DNA of 64,000 nucleotides from Nitrospinota bacterium (GTDB lineage Bacteria > Nitrospinota_A > UBA7883 > JACRGQ01), in contig JACQEX010000072.1 in assembly GCA_016200345.1 (NCBI GenBank), positions 7,233 through 71,232 of the forward strand, written 5' to 3'. Below, one piece after another: positions 1 through 9,425 of this stretch; the stretch's first letter is position 1, and each line of letters opens with the position of its first letter. Both the position numbers and the translations under genes were made by a program. The notes under the pieces were generated by a model. The model was given only the letters and a program-made list of their open reading frames with translations, searched no databases and had not been told where the DNA came from.

Positions 1-78
1 ACGCTCATGAACGTGACCTAAAGAATTTTTGAAGATATGACGATGAGAACAGGATCAGGGATATAACGGAGAAATAAA

Positions 79-1611
79 ATGATTAGGTTAACGAACGCGA
101 TGCTCTACAACAACGCGCTGACCAACCTCAGCTCGGAAAACCAGAATTTGTTGCAGATTAACAACCAGGTTAGCTCCGGCAAGCGGGTAAACAGCCCCGC
201 CGACGATCCGGTCGCAATAGGGCAGATTCTTAACTACCAGACCAACCTTAACGACAACGCGCAGTTCACCTCGAACACAAACCATGCGAATAACCTTCTC
301 TCGCAGGCCGACACCGTGCTGACCTCCACCTCGTCGCTTGCCACCGAGGCGCAGACGCTTATTACCCAGATGTCCAGCGGCACCTACACGGCCCAAAACC
401 GCCTTACAAACGCGGCGCAGGCGGATAGTTTCATCGCGCAGGCCGAACAGCTGGGGAACACAAGGATTGGCTCCCAATATATTTTCGGCGGCACCAACAA
501 CGGAACCCCGCCGATAAACACAAACGGACAATACGTCGGCGGCTCGACTCCGCTCACAGCGCAGGTGGAAACCTCGACGATGGTTCAAACGGCCCCGCTG
601 GCCTCGAGCTTCCTTGCGGGTAGTATGAACCCAAATTTAAACATTTCCGCCGGTTCCTCGACGCCCCTCTCCGCAATAAAGGGCGGGGTGGGCGTAGGGA
701 CGACTCCCGCCACGTTTACGGTCACCGACAGGGCGGGAAACGTGACCACGGTGAACGTGGCCTCCGGTAGCAATCTTAACGCGGTGATAACCGCCATCAA
801 CGGTGGCGCCGCAAAAGTGACCGCCTCGCTCGCAAAAAACGGGCAGTCCATTCAGATAACGGACAACAATACAACCGGGATAACCGGGCCTTTGACGATA
901 ACGGACACCACCGGTACTGCGGCGGCTAGCCTTGGAATTGCCGGCTCAAGAAACATTAGCTCGTTCGCAGGGGACAACATCGCCCCGGCCCTCACCACAG
1001 GCACCAGCATCAGCGATCTTTTCGGCGGCGCTGGCATGTCCCTCACCAACATAAGCGTCCAAAACGGCGGCGTGACCAACACCGTTTCGTTCGCCGGGGC
1101 GAAGACTATAGGCGACATAATAACCGCAATCAACGGCGCCACTCCGTCGGCCAACGTAACCGCCGGAATCAACTCGGCGGGAAACGCGCTTACGGTTACC
1201 TCGAACAACCCCGCCACCGTGGCGATAGCCTCGGACATTGGCAACGGTTCCACCGCCTCGAAGCTCGGGTTAGACGGCGGGACAAACATGATAAAGACAC
1301 TGCAGGATCTTAGCTCCGCGCTAAAATTAAACGACACGGACGCCCTAAGGGCGCTGATACCGGCATTCCAGTCGGTCGTAAACAACATCTCGCTCGTGCA
1401 GGGCGTAGTCGGCGCGTCCGTCAACCAGCTTACGACCAACAATACCTTTTTGTCGTCGAATGTTAGCTCCGTTACGGCGGCGCTTTCGTCCGTGCAGGAC
1501 GCGGACATGGCGAGCGTGCTAACCCAGCTGGCGCAGTTGCAGACGGCATACCAGGCCACGGCCAAGGTGACCGCCCAAATACTACAACCCGGCCTTTTGA
1601 GCTACCTGTAA
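79..1611 (+). CDS. flgL: flagellar hook-associated protein 3 (FlgL/HAP3) with long Thr/Gly/Asn-rich central insertion
   Basis: N-terminus MIRLTNAM...SSGKRVNSPADDPVAIGQ matches the FlgL N-terminal helix signature (TGKRV-x-PSDDP), distinct from flagellin. C-terminal helical segment LAQLQTAYQATAKVTAQILQPGLLSYL. 510 aa because of a ~250 aa low-complexity central region with an internal ~50 aa duplication (..AINGG..VTA..NGQ.I.ITDNN). Confidence 0.75.
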   Translation: MIRLTNAMLYNNALTNLSSENQNLLQINNQVSSGKRVNSPADDPVAIGQILNYQTNLNDNAQFTSNTNHANNLLSQADTVLTSTSSLATEAQTLITQMSSGTYTAQNRLTNAAQADSFIAQAEQLGNTRIGSQYIFGGTNNGTPPINTNGQYVGGSTPLTAQVETSTMVQTAPLASSFLAGSMNPNLNISAGSSTPLSAIKGGVGVGTTPATFTVTDRAGNVTTVNVASGSNLNAVITAINGGAAKVTASLAKNGQSIQITDNNTTGITGPLTITDTTGTAAASLGIAGSRNISSFAGDNIAPALTTGTSISDLFGGAGMSLTNISVQNGGVTNTVSFAGAKTIGDIITAINGATPSANVTAGINSAGNALTVTSNNPATVAIASDIGNGSTASKLGLDGGTNMIKTLQDLSSALKLNDTDALRALIPAFQSVVNNISLVQGVVGASVNQLTTNNTFLSSNVSSVTAALSSVQDADMASVLTQLAQLQTAYQATAKVTAQILQPGLLSYL

Positions 1612-1767
1612 AAAAGGCGAGGCAATAAACCCTTATGACTCCATTTAAATCTACGGTAAAATGCGCTGACGCGGGCGTTCCGGCGGAGAGCTCGTGCGCT
1701 CCGCACGGTCTGCTTCACAATATTTTGCCGGTAGAATACGAACCAAGGACGGTTATGGAGGTAATGG

Positions 1768-2013
1768 ATGCTTGTATTGACGAGGAAAATCGGGGAGGCC
1801 ATAAACATAGGGGACTCCATAAAGGTCTCCATCATGGACGTAAAGGGACAGTCGGTGCGCATAGGCGTGGAGGCGCCTCGGTCGATGGGAGTGTTTCGCG
1901 AGGAAATCTACAGCAAAATCCAGCAGGAGAACAAGCTGGCCTCGGGCTGGGCGGACACGAATCTGGCCTCCTTGCAGAGCCTGATGAAAGGCCTGAAAAA
2001 GGGGGAGAAATGA
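1768..2013 (+). CDS. csrA: carbon storage regulator CsrA (RNA-binding global regulator)
   Basis: [48 protein letters not shown] matches the CsrA/RsmA consensus. GGAGG SD sits upstream; the 5' leader carries several GGA motifs. Confidence 0.93.
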   Translation: MLVLTRKIGEAINIGDSIKVSIMDVKGQSVRIGVEAPRSMGVFREEIYSKIQQENKLASGWADTNLASLQSLMKGLKKGEK

Positions 2014-2438
2014 TAATAAACACCCGCAGGTACGGCGACATAAAAATAGACCCCGCAAAAATAATTACCTTTAACGACGGCGTCATAGGATTTGGCAGAA
2101 ACACCAGGTACGTGCTCATTCCGTTCGCCGAGGGGACGCCGTTCGAGCTTTTGCAGGCGGTGGACGACTCCAACCTGGCCTTCGTCGTGATTAACCCGGC
2201 CCTGCTCGTGCCGGAATACAAGATAGATATTTCAGGCGACGATCTGGAGAGCATCCAGGTGAAGAATGTCGCCGACGTGGCTCTAAGGGTCATAGTCACG
2301 CTTCCGATGGAATTGAGCCAGATGACCGCAAACCTGCAGGGGCCGATTCTTATCAACGAGGCGAGACTGCTTGGCAAACAAATCGTGCTCGTCAACTCGG
2401 ACTACCATCTGAGGCACCCGGTTCTCTCCGTGGCATAG
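2010..2438 (+). CDS. fliW: flagellar assembly factor FliW (CsrA antagonist)
   Basis: ATG at 2010 overlaps the csrA stop (ATGA). 143 aa, [28 protein letters not shown]...[18 protein letters not shown] is the typical FliW (DUF180) N-terminus. Genomic context flgL-csrA-fliW. Confidence 0.85.
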   Translation: MIINTRRYGDIKIDPAKIITFNDGVIGFGRNTRYVLIPFAEGTPFELLQAVDDSNLAFVVINPALLVPEYKIDISGDDLESIQVKNVADVALRVIVTLPMELSQMTANLQGPILINEARLLGKQIVLVNSDYHLRHPVLSVA

Positions 2439-2529
2439 CACGGCAGGTAGGCCGGGCAAAACCGTCCCGCCATCCGTCGTTCCGTAAAATTCATTTTCCT
2501 AATGCTCCAATCCGGGGTAAATTAACCCC

Positions 2530-3537
2530 ATGAAACTTTGCGAGCTTGCCTCGGCCCTTGGAAAACAATTTGTCGGGAATCCGGAAACGGAGATAACTTG
2601 TTGCTCTTCCCCACAAAGCGCAAAAAGCGGTTCGTTGATTTTTGTCGAGAACTCAAAATATGCCGCGGACGCGCAAAAATCCGGCGCCTCGGCGGCAATA
2701 GTCCCGCCGGACGTCGAAATTGATTTCCCCGCGATTAAATCAGAACGGCCGAGCGTGACCTTCGCCCAGGCCGTCTCGATTCTTCATCCGCAGAAAAAAA
2801 CCTCCGGCGGAAGGGACTCGCGCGCGTTTGTGGATCCGTCCGCCAAGGTGGGCGAGGGGACGGACATCGGCCCGTTTTCAACGGTCGGCGCGAACAGCCG
2901 AATCGGGAAAAATGTCTTGATTCACTCCAACGCGGCCATCGGCGAAAACGTGACCGTGGGGGACGACTGCGTGATTTACCCCAACGTAACGATTTACGAC
3001 GGAAGCATACTCGGTGCGCGGACCGTAATACACGCGGGTTGCGCTATTGGGGCCGACGGGTTCAAGTTCATGCCGGACAAAAGCGGTAGGCAGATAAAAT
3101 TTCAGCACATCGGAATTGTCCGCATCGGCGACGACGTGGAGATAGGAGCGAACAGTTGCGTGGACAGGGCGGTGTTGGACGAGACGATAATCGGAAACGG
3201 GGTGAAGCTCGACAACCTTGTCCAGGTCGGCCACAACTGCGAGATAGGAGACAACACGGTGGTGGCCGGATGCACGGGAATCGCCGGGTCGGTCAAAATA
3301 GGGAAGAACGTCATTATCGGCGGCCAAGTCGGGTTTAAGGATCATGTGACGATTGCCGACGGGGTCGTCATCGCCGCCAAAAGCGGGGTAATCGGCGACC
3401 TTGGCACAAGGGGCATATATTGCGGAATGCCGGCTGTGCCGCTTGGCGAGTGGAGAAAACAGTCTGCGGCGATATCCCGCGGGCCCGAGACGCTAAAAAG
3501 GGTAGCCAGGCTTGAAAAAGGCCCACGGGCAGATTGA
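2530..3537 (+). CDS. lpxD: UDP-3-O-acylglucosamine N-acyltransferase
   Basis: LpxD N-terminal domain followed by long left-handed beta-helix hexapeptide repeats (IGxxVxIGxxxxI...). 335 aa, typical length. Confidence 0.88.
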   Translation: MKLCELASALGKQFVGNPETEITCCSSPQSAKSGSLIFVENSKYAADAQKSGASAAIVPPDVEIDFPAIKSERPSVTFAQAVSILHPQKKTSGGRDSRAFVDPSAKVGEGTDIGPFSTVGANSRIGKNVLIHSNAAIGENVTVGDDCVIYPNVTIYDGSILGARTVIHAGCAIGADGFKFMPDKSGRQIKFQHIGIVRIGDDVEIGANSCVDRAVLDETIIGNGVKLDNLVQVGHNCEIGDNTVVAGCTGIAGSVKIGKNVIIGGQVGFKDHVTIADGVVIAAKSGVIGDLGTRGIYCGMPAVPLGEWRKQSAAISRGPETLKRVARLEKGPRAD

Positions 3538-3605
3538 ATTAGCCGGGCTTTTTAAGCTATCATCGTGATTCGTTAAAAATAATTTTGCTTGGAAAAGAGG
3601 TTTAA

Positions 3606-4100
3606 ATGGAAATGGACAGCGTTGACCGCGCGGTGTTAAACGTCATTCAAACCGGGTTTCCCGTCGCGTCGCGGCCCTACGCCGTGATTGGCGAGAAGAC
3701 CGGGCTTACCGAGGAGGAGGCGTTCAGCCGCATTCAAAATTTGAAGAAGGGGGGCATCATCAGGCGCATCGGGGCGAGCTACGACTCGCGCGGCCTGCAC
3801 TTCTCAAGCACGCTCTGCTCGGCCAAAGTGCCGCCGGAAAAAATAGAGGCCGTCGTAAAGGCGATAAACAAATACCACGAGGTGACGCACAACTACGAGC
3901 GAAACCACGCCTACAACATCTGGTTCACCCTCATCGCCGAGTCAAAGGAGAGGATACAACAAATACTGGACGAGATTTGCGGGGAGACCGGGATAAGCGT
4001 GATTCGCAACATGCCGGCCATTAAAAAATTCAAGATAAAGGTTGATTTCAAGTTCAAGGACGCGGGCTCGAACGGAAACAACGCGGAGGAGGACGAGTGA
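3606..4100 (+). CDS. siroheme decarboxylase subunit (AhbA/AhbB-like, NirD/L/G/H family, Lrp/AsnC-like fold)
   Basis: DRAVLNVIQTGFPVASRPYAVIGEKTGLTEEEAFSRIQNLKKGGIIRRIGA matches the AhbA/AhbB N-terminal HTH-like region. Adjacent paralog overlaps by 4 nt. Confidence 0.75.
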   Translation: MEMDSVDRAVLNVIQTGFPVASRPYAVIGEKTGLTEEEAFSRIQNLKKGGIIRRIGASYDSRGLHFSSTLCSAKVPPEKIEAVVKAINKYHEVTHNYERNHAYNIWFTLIAESKERIQQILDEICGETGISVIRNMPAIKKFKIKVDFKFKDAGSNGNNAEEDE

Positions 4101-4576
4101 ACCCCGAAATAACCGAGTTGGACAAAAAGATAATGAAGTGCCTCCAGGACGACATCCCGCGGACGCTCACCCCCTACAAGGACATAGCCGAAAGCGCCGG
4201 CACCACCGAGGACGTGGTGTTGGAGCGCATAAACCATTACAAGGAAAAAAAATGGATACGCCGTTTCGGCGCCACGCTACGCCACGCAAAGGCCGGCTTC
4301 AAGGCCAACGGCATGGGAATTTGGGTGGTGCCAAACGAAGGGGACAGGCAACGCATCGGGGAGGAAATGGCCTCGTTCAGGGAGGTCAGCCATTGCTACG
4401 AGCGTCCGTCGTACTCCGACTGGCCGTTCCACCTTTTCACCATGGTGCACGGGGAGAGCAAGGCGGAGTGCGAGGACGTCATGCGCAGAATCTCGGAGAA
4501 AACGGGGCTGAAGGAGTACGACATACTTTACAGCTCGAAAGAGTTTAAGAAATCCAGCATGAAATATTTTTTATAG
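4097..4576 (+). CDS. siroheme decarboxylase subunit (AhbA/AhbB-like paralog)
   Basis: Second Lrp/AsnC-like NirD/NirL-family protein (..LDKKIMKCLQDDIPRTLTPYKDIAE..WIRRFGA..). It is translationally coupled to the upstream paralog, as in ahbA-ahbB pairs. Confidence 0.72.
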   Translation: MNPEITELDKKIMKCLQDDIPRTLTPYKDIAESAGTTEDVVLERINHYKEKKWIRRFGATLRHAKAGFKANGMGIWVVPNEGDRQRIGEEMASFREVSHCYERPSYSDWPFHLFTMVHGESKAECEDVMRRISEKTGLKEYDILYSSKEFKKSSMKYFL

Positions 4577-4585
4577 GGGCGGGAA

Positions 4586-5521
4586 ATGACACATCCAAAA
4601 AAAGGCCAGCCGTTGTTGGTGGTCGGTACGGTGGCGATTGATTCGGTGGAGACGCCGTTTGGCAAGGCGGACGAGGTGCTTGGCGGCTCGGCCACGTATT
4701 TTTCGGTCGCGTCCAGTTTTTTCACCGACGTAAGGCTCGTCGCCGTCGTCGGGGAGGATTTTCCCGAACGTCACGTGGACGTGTTCAAAAAACACAAGGT
4801 TGACATACGCGGGCTTCAAAAGCTCAAAGGCGAGACCTTTCGATGGAGGGGCTCGTACGGGTACGACCTCAACACGGCGAACACGCTCGAGACAAAGCTC
4901 AACATCCTCACCGAGTTCGACCCGGTTTTGACCGACGAGCAAAAAAACACACCGTTTGTTTTTCTTGCAAACATAGACCCCGACCTGCAAATCAAGGTCA
5001 TCAAACAGCTTAAAAACCCCGGCTTCGTGGCGTTGGACAGCATGAACCTCTGGATAAAGATAAAAAAGGACTCCCTGTTAAAGGCGATGGGGATGGTGGA
5101 CATGGTGATTGTAAACGAGGGGGAGGCCAGGGAGCTTACCGGACAGTCCAACCTCGTAAAGGCGGCGAAGGAGATAAGAAAGTTCGGCGCAAAGGGCGTG
5201 ATAATAAAACAGGGGGAGTACGGTTCGCTCGGACTTTTTAACGACGAGATTTTTAGCGCGCCGGCCTACCCGCTGGAGGACGTGTTCGACCCGACCGGCG
5301 CCGGAGACTCGTTCGCCGGTGGCGTGATGGGCTACCTCGCAAGGCAGGGGAAGGTCACGCGCGACAGCCTTCGACAGGCGATGATAGTCGGCGCCGCCGT
5401 CGCCTCCTACAACGTCGAGGCCTTCAGCCTAGAGCGTCTTACGTCGCTTGAGTTCCACAACATCGTGGACAGATACAACGAGATAAAACGGCTCACGGTG
5501 TTCGACGATTTTACCCATTAG
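4586..5521 (+). CDS. PfkB-family carbohydrate/nucleoside kinase (ribokinase-like)
   Basis: Ribokinase-like fold. C-terminal DPTGAGDSFAGG anion-hole motif characteristic of PfkB kinases. 311 aa. Confidence 0.8.
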   Translation: MTHPKKGQPLLVVGTVAIDSVETPFGKADEVLGGSATYFSVASSFFTDVRLVAVVGEDFPERHVDVFKKHKVDIRGLQKLKGETFRWRGSYGYDLNTANTLETKLNILTEFDPVLTDEQKNTPFVFLANIDPDLQIKVIKQLKNPGFVALDSMNLWIKIKKDSLLKAMGMVDMVIVNEGEARELTGQSNLVKAAKEIRKFGAKGVIIKQGEYGSLGLFNDEIFSAPAYPLEDVFDPTGAGDSFAGGVMGYLARQGKVTRDSLRQAMIVGAAVASYNVEAFSLERLTSLEFHNIVDRYNEIKRLTVFDDFTH

Positions 5522-5566
5522 CAGGGGTATCGGACAATTAGGATAATAGGAGGCCTTGCAAAGGGG

Positions 5567-6088
5567 TGCACACTGGAGGGGCCGGGGCGCGAAAAAATTC
5601 GGCCCACCCCGGACAAAGTCAGGCAGGCGCTTTTTAACATAATCAATCCGGATGGCGCCGCCTTTCTCGACCTTTTTTCCGGCACCGGCGCCGTGGCGTG
5701 CGAGGCGATGAGCAGGGGAGCGGCTTCGGTTACAATCGTTGACTCCTCTAGGAAATCGGTCGAGATTATCAAACGCAACGTGGAGAAAACCGCCGCGTCG
5801 GCAAAGACCGCGTTCCGCCCGAAAATCGTCCAAAAGCCGGTCGTTGATTTTTTACGCGACACCGGCGGAAAGTACGATTTTGTTTTTGCCGACGCTCCGT
5901 ACGATTGGGACGGCTCGCCGACGCTTCCGGATTTGGTGGCGAACTCCGGAATTCTAAAACCGGGGGGGCTTTTCGTGATGGAGTGCGCGAGCAGGAACGT
6001 CCCAAAAGTATTGCGCGCCGCGGACAGGGTGAACAAATACGGCGACACCTCGCTCCTCTTCTACGGGCAATCCGGGGTAGAATCCTAG
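5567..6088 (+). CDS. rsmD: 16S rRNA (guanine966-N2)-methyltransferase RsmD
   Basis: ...RPTPDKVRQALFNII..FLDLFSGTGAVACEAMSRGA...DFVFADAPYD is the RsmD N6-adenine/N2-guanine MTase signature. Start is uncertain: GTG 5567 is the first canonical start after a GGAGG at 5547-5551. The conserved IRIIGG segment lies upstream of it (5537-5554), so a non-canonical ATT/ATA start is possible. Confidence 0.7.
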   Translation, partial: CTLEGPGREKIRPTPDKVRQALFNIINPDGAAFLDLFSGTGAVACEAMSRGAASVTIVDSSRKSVEIIKRNVEKTAASAKTAFRPKIVQKPVVDFLRDTGGKYDFVFADAPYDWDGSPTLPDLVANSGILKPGGLFVMECASRNVPKVLRAADRVNKYGDTSLLFYGQSGVES

Positions 6089-6090
6089 GC

Positions 6091-7182
6091 ATGGATACGA
6101 CGATTATTTTCGCGGCGGTTGTTGCCGTAGTGGGCGCGGTGTTTTATTTCATCGGCAGATCCTCTTCCGAGAAAAGAGGGGGTTCGGACGCCGATTTGCA
6201 AAAAACGCTGAACGACCGCCTGATGGAGCAGACGCAAAGGCTCGTGGAGACGATTGGCCGGGCGCGCGAGGAAAGCAAATCGGCCATTGGCGACGGGCTC
6301 GGCGACGCCCAAAAAAAACTTTCCGAGTCCCTTTCGGCGGGGCGAACGGAGGTCTCCGAGCGTCTGGAGCGAACGCAAAAAATGCTCTCCGAAAGGCTTG
6401 AAAGCCTCGCCCGCGAGACGTCGGAAATAAAGTCCGCCTCCGTCCGCCTTTTGGAAATTGGGGGCGACATACGAAACCTAAGCCAGATTTTGGAGGGGCC
6501 CAAGGGAAGGGGCGGGTTCGGCGAGTTTCAACTGGAGTTGTTGCTGAAACAGGCGGTGCCTGCGGACAGGTATGTTTTGCAATACGAGGTCGAAAACGGC
6601 AAGGTGGCCGACGCCGCGATTTTATTCAAGGACTCCGTCCTGTGCATAGACAGCAAGTTCCCGCTGGCGAACCTGCAAAAGTATTACGACACAAAGGAGC
6701 CGTCGGTCGAGAAGGAAAAGCTTCTTTCGCTTTTTTACTCCGACGTCAAAAACCGAGGAAAGGAAATCAGCAATAAATACGTGGCGCCGCCCAAGACGCT
6801 CGGTTTCGCGGTTATGTTCATCCCGGCCGAGTCGGTTTTCTTGGAGATAATCTCGAACGTCGACCTGCACAAAAGCCTTATGGACATGAGGGTCGTTCCG
6901 GCCTCGCCCAATTTCCTTTATGTCTATTTCCAGGCGCTTGCCATCGGGTTCGCGGGGATGGCGGTGGAGGCGAGGGCCAAGGAGATGTTGGACGCCTTTT
7001 CCGACCTAAAGGTGAATTTCGAAAAATTTCAGGACGGCTTCGCCACGCTCGGCAGGCACATAGGCGACGCCGCCAACACCTACGTTAAGTCCGAAAAACA
7101 GGCGGCCAAAATATCGCAGACGCTGGACAACCTCCGCCTCGGCCAGTCCGACGCGGATAACAAGGACGTTCCGGCGTCCTGA
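6091..7182 (+). CDS. rmuC: DNA recombination protein RmuC
   Basis: N-terminal TM helix and a long coiled coil. C-terminal RmuC nuclease-like domain (FAVMFIPAESVFLE...). ATG 6091 chosen inside the longer track ORF. Confidence 0.82.
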   Translation: MDTTIIFAAVVAVVGAVFYFIGRSSSEKRGGSDADLQKTLNDRLMEQTQRLVETIGRAREESKSAIGDGLGDAQKKLSESLSAGRTEVSERLERTQKMLSERLESLARETSEIKSASVRLLEIGGDIRNLSQILEGPKGRGGFGEFQLELLLKQAVPADRYVLQYEVENGKVADAAILFKDSVLCIDSKFPLANLQKYYDTKEPSVEKEKLLSLFYSDVKNRGKEISNKYVAPPKTLGFAVMFIPAESVFLEIISNVDLHKSLMDMRVVPASPNFLYVYFQALAIGFAGMAVEARAKEMLDAFSDLKVNFEKFQDGFATLGRHIGDAANTYVKSEKQAAKISQTLDNLRLGQSDADNKDVPAS

Positions 7183-7206
7183 ACGGCGGCGGCCGTTTAT
7201 CGGCGG

Positions 7207-8532
7207 TCAGGCGTGCGCCGGGTGGGCCTCCGCCAAATCCCGAATCCAGTTTGGCAGGGTGTTTTTGTTTTTATGCATCGCCGGCAGTACGGTGGACGTC
7301 ATAAACGCCCCGCACCCGGAGGTCTGTAGCCCGATGGCGGCGGCGTAGTTGTCAAAAAAAATCTCTTTTTCCGCGAAGTTCGGCGCACCCATCAGGCGGT
7401 CCGCGCAACGATTGGCAAGATACACGGCGGAAAGATGCTTCCTCGTCCCCTCCGGAATTTTTTCCGGCGGCATGAACTCCGGGTGTTCCAGCATTCCGAC
7501 CACGGCGCATATTTTCTCCGGAAGGCCCCAGCTGGTCAAAAGTTGCGCCCCGACTTTGGGGCCCGCCAGCAAATCCAGCAACGGCGCGGCCTTCGGGTTT
7601 TGTCTTTTGACAAGATACACCACGACCGAGCCCATGTTGTGCAAAAGCCCGATTGTTCCGTTCACGTTGCTCGCCCCCTTGTTTTTGGACGCGAGCGATA
7701 TGTCGTGGGCCAAAATTGACACCATGAGCGACTTGCGCCTCAGGGCCTCAAATTCCTTGGTTTTTGGCATGGAGCTGTGCAGTCCCTCGTCCATCACGAT
7801 GCTGATGATTTTATTGGCTCCGAGGAAAAGGAACGCGCGATAGATGTCGGATATTTTCTCCGCCACCCCGTAAAAAGGGGAGTTGACCGCCTTTAGAACA
7901 AGGCCCGTCAGGGAGGGGTCGGCCTTTATGGACTCGGCTATCTCCGCAACGGGGGCGTTCTCGTCCATTATTCTCGAGGCCAGGTTTCCCACGAACGGGG
8001 GGAGTTTTGGAATCTTGGCTATGATTTCTTGGACGACCTCGCTTTTAACGGATTCCTCGGCCCGCTGGCGATAGGCCTCCACGTACTTTCCCAGCTTGGA
8101 CAGCTTGTCCTTTGCGTCGGACATTTTTCTTTCCAACGCCGATAATCGCTTTGTCGCCAGAGTCAAAAAAAGTTTTTGAAAATGAACCCTTATTTTTTCC
8201 GGCAACGAGTTGAACGCCTCCGGCGTGAAAAGCATGGTGGTAAGCGCCGTGGCCGCGACAACCGTGGCAACGCGCTCCGTGTTTACCGCCATGGCGATCT
8301 CGCCAACCCACTCCCCGGCGGACAAATTTTCGATGTACACCTGGCCGCCGGACACCATTTTGTACACCTCGGCGGATCCTTCGACTATAAAATGGAACGA
8401 TTTTTCACGCTCCCCTTCTCGGACGATTTTATCCCCCGGCTTGAACTTTTTGGTCACGGCGACGTTGTAAATTGACGCCATTTCCTTTTTGGAAAGCTCA
8501 TCGAAACCGGCAATGCTAAACACGTTACCCAT
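7207..8532 (-). CDS. cyclic nucleotide-binding domain + HDOD domain signalling protein
   Basis: cNMP-binding (CAP-effector) domain (FKPGDKIVREGEREKSFHFIVEGSAEVYK..) followed by an HDOD-like domain. ATG at 8532 has an AGGGG SD; the longer track ORF would overlap the divergent gene. Confidence 0.7.
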   Translation of the reverse strand: MGNVFSIAGFDELSKKEMASIYNVAVTKKFKPGDKIVREGEREKSFHFIVEGSAEVYKMVSGGQVYIENLSAGEWVGEIAMAVNTERVATVVAATALTTMLFTPEAFNSLPEKIRVHFQKLFLTLATKRLSALERKMSDAKDKLSKLGKYVEAYRQRAEESVKSEVVQEIIAKIPKLPPFVGNLASRIMDENAPVAEIAESIKADPSLTGLVLKAVNSPFYGVAEKISDIYRAFLFLGANKIISIVMDEGLHSSMPKTKEFEALRRKSLMVSILAHDISLASKNKGASNVNGTIGLLHNMGSVVVYLVKRQNPKAAPLLDLLAGPKVGAQLLTSWGLPEKICAVVGMLEHPEFMPPEKIPEGTRKHLSAVYLANRCADRLMGAPNFAEKEIFFDNYAAAIGLQTSGCGAFMTSTVLPAMHKNKNTLPNWIRDLAEAHPAHA

Positions 8533-8677
8533 CCGCGAACCCCTGACGATGAATTTTGACACCCTCGTACGATTTGATGATACGCCTTTTTTCGCCCAAA
8601 ATAAAGAACCGCCCACAAATGCCCGGCCAGCCATTTTCTGCCAATGATAATCGGGGACAAACGTATAGAATGGGCGT

Positions 8678-9409
8678 ATGGCGAACATCGAAAAACGCGA
8701 GCTCTTGGCTTTGGTGGTCGAAGACGACAAGATTAACCAAAAGCTCGCCGGTTATTATCTAAAAAAACACGGTTACACGGTGACATTCGCGGACGACGGC
8801 CATGAGGCCCTGGGTCTGCTGGATGCGAATAAATTCGACGTCGTTTTAATGGACGTGAACATGCCGTTGATGGACGGGTACTCCGCCACGACAGCGTTCC
8901 GAAAAAAGGAAAAAAAATGGAAGGGACGTCTCCCGATTATCGCCCTGACAGCCGCAACCGACACGGAGGCGGTGGAAAAATGCATGGAGGCCGGGATGGA
9001 CGGATTTATCGCCAAACCTATTTCCAACGCGGCGCTGGGCGAAATTCTTGAAAGGTTCGTGGTGGGAAAAACGGCGGCGGAAGAACTCTTTTCGAGGGTG
9101 GCGGCCTTAAAGGTGTGCGACGACGACCCCCAACTTCTGGGCGAGGTGGCGGAGATGTTTCTAAAGGACGCTCCGAGGCAGATGGAACGGATAAGACTGG
9201 CCGTGCTGGAAAAAGATTTTATGAACCTGGAGTTCTTCGCGCACAAACTGAAGGGGGGAGCCTCAAATCTCGCGGCGAGAAAACTTGCCCTTGCGGCGGA
9301 TGAGGTGGAGAATTGCGCGACGAACCGGGACGCCAATGGATTTAGCCTTTCGGGCGCGTTGTTGGAAATGGCGGACAAATTTATGGACGAGCTAAAAACC
9401 GCCCTTTGA
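8678..9409 (+). CDS. response regulator receiver domain fused to HPt phosphotransfer domain
   Basis: REC domain (LVVEDDKIN...DVVLMDVNMP..DG) and C-terminal HPt motif HKLKGGASNLAA. Confidence 0.85.
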   Translation: MANIEKRELLALVVEDDKINQKLAGYYLKKHGYTVTFADDGHEALGLLDANKFDVVLMDVNMPLMDGYSATTAFRKKEKKWKGRLPIIALTAATDTEAVEKCMEAGMDGFIAKPISNAALGEILERFVVGKTAAEELFSRVAALKVCDDDPQLLGEVAEMFLKDAPRQMERIRLAVLEKDFMNLEFFAHKLKGGASNLAARKLALAADEVENCATNRDANGFSLSGALLEMADKFMDELKTAL

Positions 9410-9425
9410 GTTGGTGCGCCGCAAA

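Noticed and set aside
852-1565. Long antisense ORFs opposite real genes (e.g. 852-1565, 5518-6048, 34000-34785, 45866-47152, 55546-56517, 57859-58536)
   Set aside because: They are typical shadow ORFs in ~60% GC DNA. Each lies fully inside a gene with strong homology on the other strand, and their translations are low-complexity Arg/Ala/Pro-rich.
3522-3560. Possible intrinsic terminator after lpxD (gcccacgggc...agccgggcttttt)
   Set aside because: The stem is only 3-4 bp, and the U-tract follows an imperfect hairpin.
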